Source: an uncultured Nitrososphaeria archaeon (GTDB taxonomy: Archaea > Thermoproteota > Nitrososphaeria > Geothermarchaeales > JDFR-13). From it: a stretch of 64,000 nucleotides of DNA. The notes below the pieces were generated by a model. The model was given only the letters and a program-made list of their open reading frames with translations. It was not told where the DNA came from and did not search any database. Numbering within the stretch: position 1 is the stretch's first letter; every line of letters begins with the position of its first letter. Shown in pieces: positions 19,313 to 27,944 of the stretch. The position numbers were made by a program, and so were the translations under genes. Location: contig CAZGXJ010000003.1 in NCBI GenBank assembly GCA_964529905.1, forward strand, positions 2,245 through 66,244. Reading direction: 5' to 3'.

Positions 19313-20206
19313 ATGAATCTGGATAACTATGTTTTACAAGTTGTAATTGATGTAGGTAGTATAATCTTGGCGATAGTCATAGTGGCGGTACTAGTTCTCC
19401 TACTCAACGCCTCTATACGAGTAGTAAGGGAGTATGAGAGGGTGGTAGTATTTAGGCTTGGTAGAGCTATAGGAGTTAAGGGTCCTGGCGTAGTCTTCCT
19501 AATACCATTCATTGATAGGCCTGTTAAGGTTGATCTTAGGGAGCAGTTTATAGAGGTCTCTAGGCAGACATGTATAACTAGGGATAATGCACCTGTAGAT
19601 ATAGATTTTCTAATATACTTTAAAGTTTTGGATCCCCTCGGAAGCGTCTTAAACGTTAGGGATTTTAAAGGGGCTGCAACCGGTATTGCAACTACAACCC
19701 TTAGAGCGGTTATAGGTGATATTGATCTGGACTCTGTATTGGCTAGGAGGGAGGAGATAAACAATATTTTGAGGGTTAAGCTGGATGAAGTGACTGGTAG
19801 ATGGGGTGTAAAGATAACTACGGTTGAGATTAGGGAGATAACGCCTCCTAAGGATGTTCAGGAGGCGATGATTCGCCAGATGAGTGCTGAGCGTAATAGA
19901 AGGGCTATGGTGACAGAGGCTGAAGGTAAGAAGGAGTCTGCTATTAGGGTTGCTGAGGGTGAGAAGGAAGGTGCTATTTTAAGGGCTGAGGGTGAGAGGC
20001 AAGCCCTTATTCTAAAGGCTGAGGGATATGCACTAGCCCTTAAAAAGATTCTAGAGGTCGCCAAGGAGCTTGACAAAAATACTATGGCTCTCCAGTATAT
20101 GGAGGTTTTAAAGGAGATGGCTAAGGGTGAAGCCACCAAGATAGTATTACCACTTGAGCTAACTAAATTAATTGAGGATATGAAGAATTTCTTTAGTGGA
20201 GAGTAG
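19313..20206 (+). CDS. Stomatin / SPFH (band 7) family protein
   Basis: N-terminal TM helix, then VVREYERVVVFRLGR...VVFLIPFIDR PHB-domain motifs, and a C-terminal coiled-coil. Confidence 0.85.
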   Translation: MNLDNYVLQVVIDVGSIILAIVIVAVLVLLLNASIRVVREYERVVVFRLGRAIGVKGPGVVFLIPFIDRPVKVDLREQFIEVSRQTCITRDNAPVDIDFLIYFKVLDPLGSVLNVRDFKGAATGIATTTLRAVIGDIDLDSVLARREEINNILRVKLDEVTGRWGVKITTVEIREITPPKDVQEAMIRQMSAERNRRAMVTEAEGKKESAIRVAEGEKEGAILRAEGERQALILKAEGYALALKKILEVAKELDKNTMALQYMEVLKEMAKGEATKIVLPLELTKLIEDMKNFFSGE

Positions 20207-20212
20207 AGGGGT

Positions 20213-21469
20213 GTGATGAGGGGAGTCAAACTCTTTATCTCAATATTTTTAATATCCATAACTGTAAATCTGTTTATATCCTCAGGCATAGCTATATCTG
20301 ATGAGCTCCTACTAATTAGGATAGATGGGACTATAGATGCCGGATATAGCGATCTAGTTAATAGAAGGTTATCTAAAGTATTGCCTGGCCAACCTGTATT
20401 AATAGTTTTGAAGACGAATGGCGGATATCTAAAGCCTACACAGGATATTGTATATGCGATAGTTAACTCACCTGGAAATGTAACTGTATATATACCTCCA
20501 GGGGGATACGCTTATTCGGCTGGGGCATATATAGCTATATCCTCTGATATACTCGCTATGGCACCTGGATCCGTAATAGGATCAGCTGAACCTAGGGATT
20601 TAACAGGTGGATCCGATCCGAAGGTCGTTAATGCAATGGCAGAATGGATAGCTAGCCTAGCCGAAGCTAGAGGTAGAAATGTTTCTGCAGCTGAATCTAT
20701 GGTTAGAGAAAATCAAGACTTTACCGCTAGTGAGGCATATAGATACGGGATCGCCGATATATTGGCTCAAGATATCTCTCAACTACTTAAAATCCTTGGA
20801 TGGGATGGATACAATATAGTTGAGGTTAAGAGGGATACCAGAAGCCAATTACTAAGTCTATTATCCAATCCCCTATTAGCTGGTATCCTCCTAGACCTAG
20901 CTGCGATATTAATTTTGGTGGAGCTTATCCATCCAACATATATTGGCTTTATAGTAGCTGTAACACTACTTGTCCTATCCTTCCTAGGTCTAGGTTATCT
21001 AGGTGCAGATGCAACAGCTATAGTATTGCTTCTACTCGGAATCTCAGCTATTATTATGGAGACATGGGTTGGGGAGGGTGAATTGGCTACGGCGGGAGCC
21101 ATTCTAAGTGCTATTGGGATTGTAATGCTATATAGATCTGAGCATTTTATATGGACATTCAACTATCGATTATTCGTATTTGGAGGATTAGTAATTATAG
21201 TATCTTTAGTGGGTTTCCTCGGGTTTTATCTACATAAAATCAAGGAGGTTATCATGAGGGGGAAGAGCCCACTAGATCTAGATGTTTTGATCGGTAAGAC
21301 TGGCGTAGTTAAGGAGGAGATTAGACCGGGTAAGATGGGTGTAGTATTAGTCGAATCTGATCTCTGGAGTGCTGTTTCCGATGAAGAGATCGGGGTGGGT
21401 GAGAAGATAGAGGTAGTAGGTATAGAAGGAGTTATTCTAAAGGTCAGAAGGATAAAAACTAGGTCTTAA
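20213..21469 (+). CDS. NfeD-like membrane-bound serine protease (stomatin operon partner protein) with a C-terminal OB-fold domain
   Basis: ClpP-class fold with a YSAGAYIAISSD serine-nucleophile region, central TM helices, and a C-terminal NfeD OB domain. It is immediately downstream of the stomatin gene. Confidence 0.8.
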   Translation: MMRGVKLFISIFLISITVNLFISSGIAISDELLLIRIDGTIDAGYSDLVNRRLSKVLPGQPVLIVLKTNGGYLKPTQDIVYAIVNSPGNVTVYIPPGGYAYSAGAYIAISSDILAMAPGSVIGSAEPRDLTGGSDPKVVNAMAEWIASLAEARGRNVSAAESMVRENQDFTASEAYRYGIADILAQDISQLLKILGWDGYNIVEVKRDTRSQLLSLLSNPLLAGILLDLAAILILVELIHPTYIGFIVAVTLLVLSFLGLGYLGADATAIVLLLLGISAIIMETWVGEGELATAGAILSAIGIVMLYRSEHFIWTFNYRLFVFGGLVIIVSLVGFLGFYLHKIKEVIMRGKSPLDLDVLIGKTGVVKEEIRPGKMGVVLVESDLWSAVSDEEIGVGEKIEVVGIEGVILKVRRIKTRS

Positions 21470-22631
21470 TCTCCAGATTTTTGATAAGTTTCTTAACCTC
21501 TTCTTCAGCCTCCTTATAATATTGTATAATTAATTGGTCTCCACTTCTTAACTTCCAACCTTTTATAGGTGGGTTTAGATACCAATATCCACCTCTCTTC
21601 AATGCCAATATATCTACCCCGAATTTACTTAGGTTTAGCTGGGCTATCTCCTTTCCATCCAGTATATCCGGAATCTTTAAAACTATATATCTTTCATCGG
21701 TCTTCTCAAGTATACGTTCAATAATTGGGTGGGGCGAACCGCCTTTTCTAATGCTATATGTCATATCTATCGCTGCATCCGCTAAATATTCACATGAATC
21801 TATAAACTCTATAAGCGCCAATTTCTCTTTGTTAGATAGTTGGCTATCCTCCATAACATTCAACTTTAACTCCTCCGTGATCTCATCTATTGTCTCCTCC
21901 ATCGACTCTAACTCATAGGCCAGATCCTTTGAGGATGTGAATAATGTGCTATAGGCAATATCGATCATGAACTCACTTAGATTCTTTATATAGATGATGT
22001 TTTCAAGTATATCTCTATTTAACTTCAAACCACTTGCCTCCTTCTCCACTCCATGGAGTCTCAAAACTTTCCTAATAGTACTTGTTAATCCTTTAATATA
22101 GAGTTTATCTCCCTTATATAATGTGAAGTCTTCAGATGGGGATATTATAAATCTACCGCTTCTCCTCACAGCGACTACATCGAAGACTTCCTGAATATCT
22201 TCATAAATCTCTTTAATAGTCTTTGATATAAATGGACTATTCTCATCTACTTCGAATACGAAGATAAAGTTGGTAGCACTATTTATAAATAGATAGTCTC
22301 CAATATCTATGGTTAGATGTTCATGGGCTAGTTTGGCTATATCTAGGCTTACCTCACTTATCTTATCGACCGAGGAGACCATATCAAATACAGATAACAT
22401 CTTAGTTGCGTCTTCCCCATCTCTAGTAGCTAAGGAGGCCTGCATTATCAATAGACTCTTTAAATAATCTATCTTATCGTCCAACATCTCCATCTCTACA
22501 TATAGAGACTCATCTCTAAAGAATACGCTGCAGAAGGCGAGACTCATCATGATCTGAGAAAGGTTTTTTAGTCTTATCAAGAGGTCTGTCAATGGTATAG
22601 GTTTATATTCTATCTTATCCTCCCCAGCCAA
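21459..22631 (-). CDS. PhoU-like helical domains combined with two TrkA-C (RCK_C) domains
   Basis: Two segments match the RCK_C pattern: ...VRRSGRFIISPSEDFTLYKGDKLYIKG and ...LKRGGYWYLNPPIKGWKLRSGDQLII. Each is preceded by an alpha-helical PhoU-like region. Confidence 0.55.
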   Translation of the reverse strand: MAGEDKIEYKPIPLTDLLIRLKNLSQIMMSLAFCSVFFRDESLYVEMEMLDDKIDYLKSLLIMQASLATRDGEDATKMLSVFDMVSSVDKISEVSLDIAKLAHEHLTIDIGDYLFINSATNFIFVFEVDENSPFISKTIKEIYEDIQEVFDVVAVRRSGRFIISPSEDFTLYKGDKLYIKGLTSTIRKVLRLHGVEKEASGLKLNRDILENIIYIKNLSEFMIDIAYSTLFTSSKDLAYELESMEETIDEITEELKLNVMEDSQLSNKEKLALIEFIDSCEYLADAAIDMTYSIRKGGSPHPIIERILEKTDERYIVLKIPDILDGKEIAQLNLSKFGVDILALKRGGYWYLNPPIKGWKLRSGDQLIIQYYKEAEEEVKKLIKNLEIKT

Positions 22632-22663
22632 TCTCTATATACACCTCTCCAAAACAAAATTAT

Positions 22664-22732
22664 ATGGGGGGATATAGATATCTTTAAATACATTTTTAAA
22701 TGTATATCTCCCCCTCCCCTCCAAAGATTTTT
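22664..22732. promoter_or_regulatory. Imperfect extended palindrome in a divergent promoter region
   Basis: ggggggatatagatatctttaAATACATTTttAAATGTATatctccccctcccc. The core has perfect 8-bp inverted arms (22688-22695 and 22698-22705) separated by 2 bp, flanked by G-run / C-run arms. Confidence 0.4.
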
Positions 22733-22760
22733 AACTATTCATCCATATAATATATATGGC

Positions 22761-23747
22761 ATGTCCACAAAAGAAGTTATAAAGATTCCGGATAGGATAG
22801 TTAAACAGCTGCTGAACGCCCATTATGGAGTATATAACCATTCAACTGTTGAGATATGTCACTGGACTAAGAAGAGTGTGAAGAATCAAGGTGTATGTTA
22901 CAAGAGGGTATTCTACGGCATCGATAGCCATAGATGTGTGGAATTTAGTCCTGCTGGTATGATGTGTACAATGAAATGTATCTTCTGTTGGAGGCCAATG
23001 GAGTTTATGAAGAAGGTTATAATGACAGAAGATGAGGTTGATGATCCTATAGATTTGATGAATGGTTTGATGAAGGAGAGGGCTAGATTAATGAGTGGAT
23101 ATCCAGGTATGCCAGGAGTCGATCTTAGGAGGCTTGAAGAATCTAAAATACCTACTCATTATGCAATCTCTCTATCGGGTGAACCTACTCTCTACCCTAA
23201 ACTTCCCGAGCTGGTCAAATATTTAAAGAGTCTACCATCGACTAGAAGTATATATATTGTATCAAATGGTCTCCAACCAGATATGATTGAGAGGTTGATG
23301 GAGGAGGACGCCCTCCCCACACAGTTATATATATCAATGTCTGCACCTAATGAGGAGTTGATGTATAAGATAGATAAGCCTCTATATCCAGATGCATGGG
23401 ATAGATATATAAGGTCTCTAGAGCTGTTATCCCAGGTAAATACTAGGACTGTTATCAGGATGACTATGATTAAAGATGTTAATGCATTGGATGAATATAT
23501 CCCAGAATATATTGAGCTTCTAAAGATCGCTAATCCCCATTTTATCGAGGTTAAGAGCTATATGCATCTAGGTTATTCAACTAAGAGGCTTAGAAAGAGT
23601 AACATGATGAGCTTCGAGGAGATTAAGAGGTTTGCAAGGAAGATTCTAAAGGGTTTAGATGGGTATAGATATATGGATGACTATCCACCTTCAAGGATAT
23701 CTGTGTTACAGAATATGGTTAGATATGTGGATAGATGGATACCCTAA
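22761..23747 (+). CDS. taw1: tRNA 4-demethylwyosine synthase (radical SAM, Taw1/TYW1 family)
   Basis: An N-terminal cysteine cluster followed by the CTMKCIFCWRP radical-SAM motif. Length and architecture are typical of archaeal Taw1. Confidence 0.8.
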   Translation: MSTKEVIKIPDRIVKQLLNAHYGVYNHSTVEICHWTKKSVKNQGVCYKRVFYGIDSHRCVEFSPAGMMCTMKCIFCWRPMEFMKKVIMTEDEVDDPIDLMNGLMKERARLMSGYPGMPGVDLRRLEESKIPTHYAISLSGEPTLYPKLPELVKYLKSLPSTRSIYIVSNGLQPDMIERLMEEDALPTQLYISMSAPNEELMYKIDKPLYPDAWDRYIRSLELLSQVNTRTVIRMTMIKDVNALDEYIPEYIELLKIANPHFIEVKSYMHLGYSTKRLRKSNMMSFEEIKRFARKILKGLDGYRYMDDYPPSRISVLQNMVRYVDRWIP

Positions 23748-23885
23748 TACATTACTTAAGCTATAAAGCTGATAAAAAATTTTTTAAGATAATACGCTGG
23801 GTCGACGATTGGTCAGCCTAATAACCCTTTAATATTTTTAATTTCGATATTGAGATATGTGTACATACCTTGGGAGGTTTAACTA

Positions 23886-25682
23886 ATGTGGGATATTGAA
23901 TCTTTTAAAAATGGTTTAGAATATCTTGATGGTCTATATAGGGATAGGCTTGATAAGATTAGGGATCTAGACATTGACACTGGTGATCTGATACGTGGTT
24001 TGAACGTTGGAGATGCTAAGAAGTATCTTCTGGAATACTTTGGTGAGGGTGAATATAAGGCCCTAGGTATAGATGGATCGATGGAGTATACGGTGGGGCT
24101 AGACGTTATAACAATGTTTGTAGCTGTAGCTGGATATACGTTAAAATTTAGGATTGGTAGGGAGGGTGACATAACTCTCAACTTCAGCGATGTCGAGAAG
24201 ATGGATGCATATAGCATATTTAAGGTTATCCCATTCTGGTTTGAAGATCTAAATGCGTTTAGTGGCGTATCAAATCTATTAGATGATAGGTCCCTAGGTA
24301 AGAGTATAGAATCTATACCTAGGAGTGTCATGACTTTCGGGGAATTCCTATTTGCATATCGAGCGTTGAAATCGGGAGATATCAAAATAGTATTTTTGGA
24401 TAGACCTATTGCAAGTAGCTATGGCCCATATTTCAGAGATGCTAGGGAGCTTATCCTCAGATATAGAGGGGGGATATTTACGTCTGAAGGCTCACCTCTA
24501 GGCCCCATACCCCTAAGAGACCTCTATCTAGCTATATATTTTGGTCCGGACCCCTCAATGATCTCTATCGAGTATAGACCTGGATATAAGATGCATTATA
24601 TTATAAATAAGATGGTTAATTTAGCCTATGAAACTGGTTCAGAGGAGATAGATGTACATATGTTGATGAAGTATCTACCTGATAGGGTCTCAATCGATAG
24701 GCTTTTAAAGAAGCTGGATCAATTTAATAATGAGTTTTTGGATGGATCCTTGATAGATGACATATCACTAAATAGGGTTGTCCTTAACAGGGGTATATAT
24801 AGGTATTGGGATAACGCCTTTAAACTTGTCGATGTCTTTACTAGGTCTCTTCTATATGGGGGTGTGGGTCAGCACCCTCTATATATCAATGGGAAACCCA
24901 TGACTGTCAAAGAGATAAACACATTAACCCTTTTACTATTATATGAGTTGAAACGGGTTGAGGAGGAGGTCGGGGGATTAATTATAGGTATTGGTAAGGA
25001 TACATCCGTTACTGATTTGAATAGGTCTGTAATACCATATCTAAAGAGTGTCGGAAGCTCGATAAACATAGAGACGGTCTCGACAAAGTCGGATAGGAAT
25101 ATGTTAAATATTTTATCGGCACTATTTAGGGATAAATTCCCTACTCCATGGAGGACAGCTGGATATGATAATATATTCTCGAGTCTAATACACGACGGCT
25201 CAGACCTTATACCTGCTAGGAGAAAGGCAGGAGTATCAAGTCTACTTGTTAGAAACTATTTCCAGCTTAGAGAGGTTAGATATCTGGATGACCTATATAT
25301 ACGTAGCCCCATATTCTTCTACGATAGATTCATAAGGGATGGAGACAAGAATTTTATGAGGGATGTAGAACTTAGGCATGTCACAGGTAAATATAGGTCT
25401 AAGATATATCTAGAGTTCCCAGAATCCAATCCATTGGATAACATGATCCTCTATATACTTAGAGCTTTTGATAATGACCAGATAATAGAATCGGCTGGCC
25501 ATAACTATCTACTATTTATAGCTGATAAGGAGGTTAAAAGGATGATTAAAACAATAAGGTCTTCAGTATCTAAAGTTGTTGAGAATACTATGTATAGAAT
25601 GATTAGGAGGTATAACATATACATACTTACAAAGAGTTTTAGGGAGTATAGGGCTCAACTCGAGAGGAGGCGGAGGAGATGA
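23886..25682 (+). CDS. NurA-like nuclease, large divergent paralogue (598 aa)
   Basis: The ordered motifs recall the NurA family: ALGIDGSMEY (the DGS aspartate motif near the N-terminus), an acidic residue about 55 aa later (FWFEDL), VFLDRPI (like the llDGpL motif), and GIGKDTS (like GxSK(D/T)S). The stop overlaps the next gene's start (ATGA), suggesting translational coupling. Confidence 0.5.
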   Translation: MWDIESFKNGLEYLDGLYRDRLDKIRDLDIDTGDLIRGLNVGDAKKYLLEYFGEGEYKALGIDGSMEYTVGLDVITMFVAVAGYTLKFRIGREGDITLNFSDVEKMDAYSIFKVIPFWFEDLNAFSGVSNLLDDRSLGKSIESIPRSVMTFGEFLFAYRALKSGDIKIVFLDRPIASSYGPYFRDARELILRYRGGIFTSEGSPLGPIPLRDLYLAIYFGPDPSMISIEYRPGYKMHYIINKMVNLAYETGSEEIDVHMLMKYLPDRVSIDRLLKKLDQFNNEFLDGSLIDDISLNRVVLNRGIYRYWDNAFKLVDVFTRSLLYGGVGQHPLYINGKPMTVKEINTLTLLLLYELKRVEEEVGGLIIGIGKDTSVTDLNRSVIPYLKSVGSSINIETVSTKSDRNMLNILSALFRDKFPTPWRTAGYDNIFSSLIHDGSDLIPARRKAGVSSLLVRNYFQLREVRYLDDLYIRSPIFFYDRFIRDGDKNFMRDVELRHVTGKYRSKIYLEFPESNPLDNMILYILRAFDNDQIIESAGHNYLLFIADKEVKRMIKTIRSSVSKVVENTMYRMIRRYNIYILTKSFREYRAQLERRRRR

Positions 25683-27445
25683 GGATAGAAAACTTATTTG
25701 ATGAGTTGGATGGAAGACTGGAGGCAAAGGTCAGGGATTATAAAATTGAGAGTGTGAGGTTCCAATTCCACGGGGAGCTCTCGATATTATCGGAGGGTAT
25801 AGCATATATAGACGCGGAATTCGATCTCGATATATTCGATAGACTTCATAAACCAGCTATTATTGGTGTCGAGAGGATGGTTGGTGATTCCCTATGGTAT
25901 ACAATCTTCGAGGTTACATCCGTTAAGGCATACCATTTGGAGATGGGAAGTCTTCAGCCTGATATTCCTCCACTACTTAAATGGGATACTTTGGAGAGGA
26001 TTAGGGAGAGCTGGTATGGAGGCGGTGAGAATTGGATGTCAATCATAGCTGTGAATACGGGATATAGAATTAGGTATTACGATGATGGTGAGGTGGAAGT
26101 TATAAAGGATAATCTAAGCCCATTGATAGGGTCTAAAGCCCATTTAATGAGTGCTGAGCTATATGGCCTACTCATTAATAAGCCTACTACCACATCAATA
26201 AATATAGGTAGGATAGTCGGATATGACTTAGATACCTCTATAGATATATATGCATTGTTTAGGTATCACACAGGTATATTTGGTTATACAGGAACTGGGA
26301 AATCAAATTTAATATCCGTATTGATTAGGGAGGCCATAAATCGACTTGACGATTTAGCAGTAGTCGTTATAGATATCTCAGGCGAATACCCTATCAACCT
26401 ATTGGATCTCCTATCTGAGGTAGGTGAAATATATCTGGATCCATCTATACCTATGGATAGATTTGTCGAGACGACTATATATCCAGAGACATTTGGGGAT
26501 CTATTGAAGCGAAACAATATTGATCCGGAAAATGTATTGGAGGTTTTAAGAGGTATACCTAAGAAATATCTGGAGTCTACACCCCAGTATCTAACAGTGT
26601 ATCATACCATTGAAAGTATTAAGGAGGCTATAGGGAAGGTCCATCCACATCTAAAGCTTCCACTTGAAAGGATTAGGAGGATCCTATATGGATACGACTT
26701 CGACCAATATGTATATGAAATTAGGGATATCTCGACTAATGACTGGAATGAGATTATAGCCACCATTAACTTTGTAAATAGCCAGATTAAGAGGTCCACA
26801 GCTGTGAAGGATCTCTTAAATGGTTTACTGGCAACCATGCAGGTTAAACCCGAGGAGGGTGATAGGAATCCTACCACGTATCAACTATCAAAGAAAATAT
26901 TGTTCGGCGGAGATAAGCGACTATATTTAATCTACTATCCAGAGGCTAACCATGCTAGGGAGTTAATATATAAACTTATAAAGACACTCTTCAATTTCAG
27001 GAAGCGAATGTCTGGTGGTAGAAACATTTTATTGGTTGTGGATGAGGCCCACGAATTTATGCCTAGGGACTCTAAGAAGGAGAATTTTACGTTATACTCT
27101 AGTGAGGCATTAGAGCTCCTATTTAGACAGGGGAGGAAGTATGGAATAGGTGGTTGGATAGCTACTCAGAGGGTTGCCCATCTAAATACAAATATACTCC
27201 AACAGCTCCATAGCTACTTCATATCCGTACTACCTAGATCATATGATAGGAGTGTGATAGCGGATACCTTCTCGATAAGTAAGAGTGTAGTAGATAATGT
27301 AGTTAACTTTGATAAGGGTGAATGGCTATTTATGAGCCATGTAGCTACTAGATATCCCAGTATACCTGTCCGGATCAAAGCTAATAATAATGAGGAGATA
27401 TTAATTAAATGGCTTATATCTAAATGTGGAAATATTAACTCATGA
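25679..27445 (+). CDS. HerA-like ATPase (FtsK/HerA superfamily, DUF87-type)
   Basis: Walker A GYTGTGKSN, Walker B LLVVDEAHEF, and an ATQR...ILQQ segment matching the HerA TQRP...Q region. The ~190-aa N-terminal domain probably corresponds to the HAS barrel. Confidence 0.75.
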   Translation: MRIENLFDELDGRLEAKVRDYKIESVRFQFHGELSILSEGIAYIDAEFDLDIFDRLHKPAIIGVERMVGDSLWYTIFEVTSVKAYHLEMGSLQPDIPPLLKWDTLERIRESWYGGGENWMSIIAVNTGYRIRYYDDGEVEVIKDNLSPLIGSKAHLMSAELYGLLINKPTTTSINIGRIVGYDLDTSIDIYALFRYHTGIFGYTGTGKSNLISVLIREAINRLDDLAVVVIDISGEYPINLLDLLSEVGEIYLDPSIPMDRFVETTIYPETFGDLLKRNNIDPENVLEVLRGIPKKYLESTPQYLTVYHTIESIKEAIGKVHPHLKLPLERIRRILYGYDFDQYVYEIRDISTNDWNEIIATINFVNSQIKRSTAVKDLLNGLLATMQVKPEEGDRNPTTYQLSKKILFGGDKRLYLIYYPEANHARELIYKLIKTLFNFRKRMSGGRNILLVVDEAHEFMPRDSKKENFTLYSSEALELLFRQGRKYGIGGWIATQRVAHLNTNILQQLHSYFISVLPRSYDRSVIADTFSISKSVVDNVVNFDKGEWLFMSHVATRYPSIPVRIKANNNEEILIKWLISKCGNINS

Positions 27446-27533
27446 TATATATATGAGGAATGTAAATGACTATATGTGAGTAATATCTCCATAATAGCAG
27501 TAGTATAATAATATAATATGGGAGGCGTATGGA

Positions 27534-27944
27534 ATGAAGGAGGTTAAAGAGTTAAGGGAGTCTTCTCCTGAGATTTATCCAGTTGATATAGGATTAGTTG
27601 TTAACGAGATAATAAAGATGATTGAGGAGTCTAAAGAGATTAGGTTTAGGAAAGGGAGTGTAAGCAAGGTTATAGAGTTGGGTCAGGCGGATGGAGATAA
27701 CTCATGGAGATATTTTCTAACGTATTATCCATCTACCGGTGACTTTACGATCTCATTAAAGAGGTTTAAAAACCAGTCAAACTCATTCGCTATTTTAAAG
27801 ATAACTGATAAGATTACAGAGGTTGAATCTTTTGAAGATTTCATTGAGAGGGTTGGTAAAGCATATCTAATTTTAAAGGATTTGAAGAAGAGATATTTGA
27901 AGAGGGAGATTGAGGAGGTAAAAAAGAGGAAGCAGCTTATTTAG
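27534..27944 (+). CDS. Hypothetical protein (136 aa), possible accessory component of the NurA/HerA-like module
   Basis: Same strand, 88 bp downstream of the HerA-like gene, and before the convergent RNR gene. No recognisable motif. Charged C-terminal helix. Confidence 0.3.
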   Translation: MKEVKELRESSPEIYPVDIGLVVNEIIKMIEESKEIRFRKGSVSKVIELGQADGDNSWRYFLTYYPSTGDFTISLKRFKNQSNSFAILKITDKITEVESFEDFIERVGKAYLILKDLKKRYLKREIEEVKKRKQLI

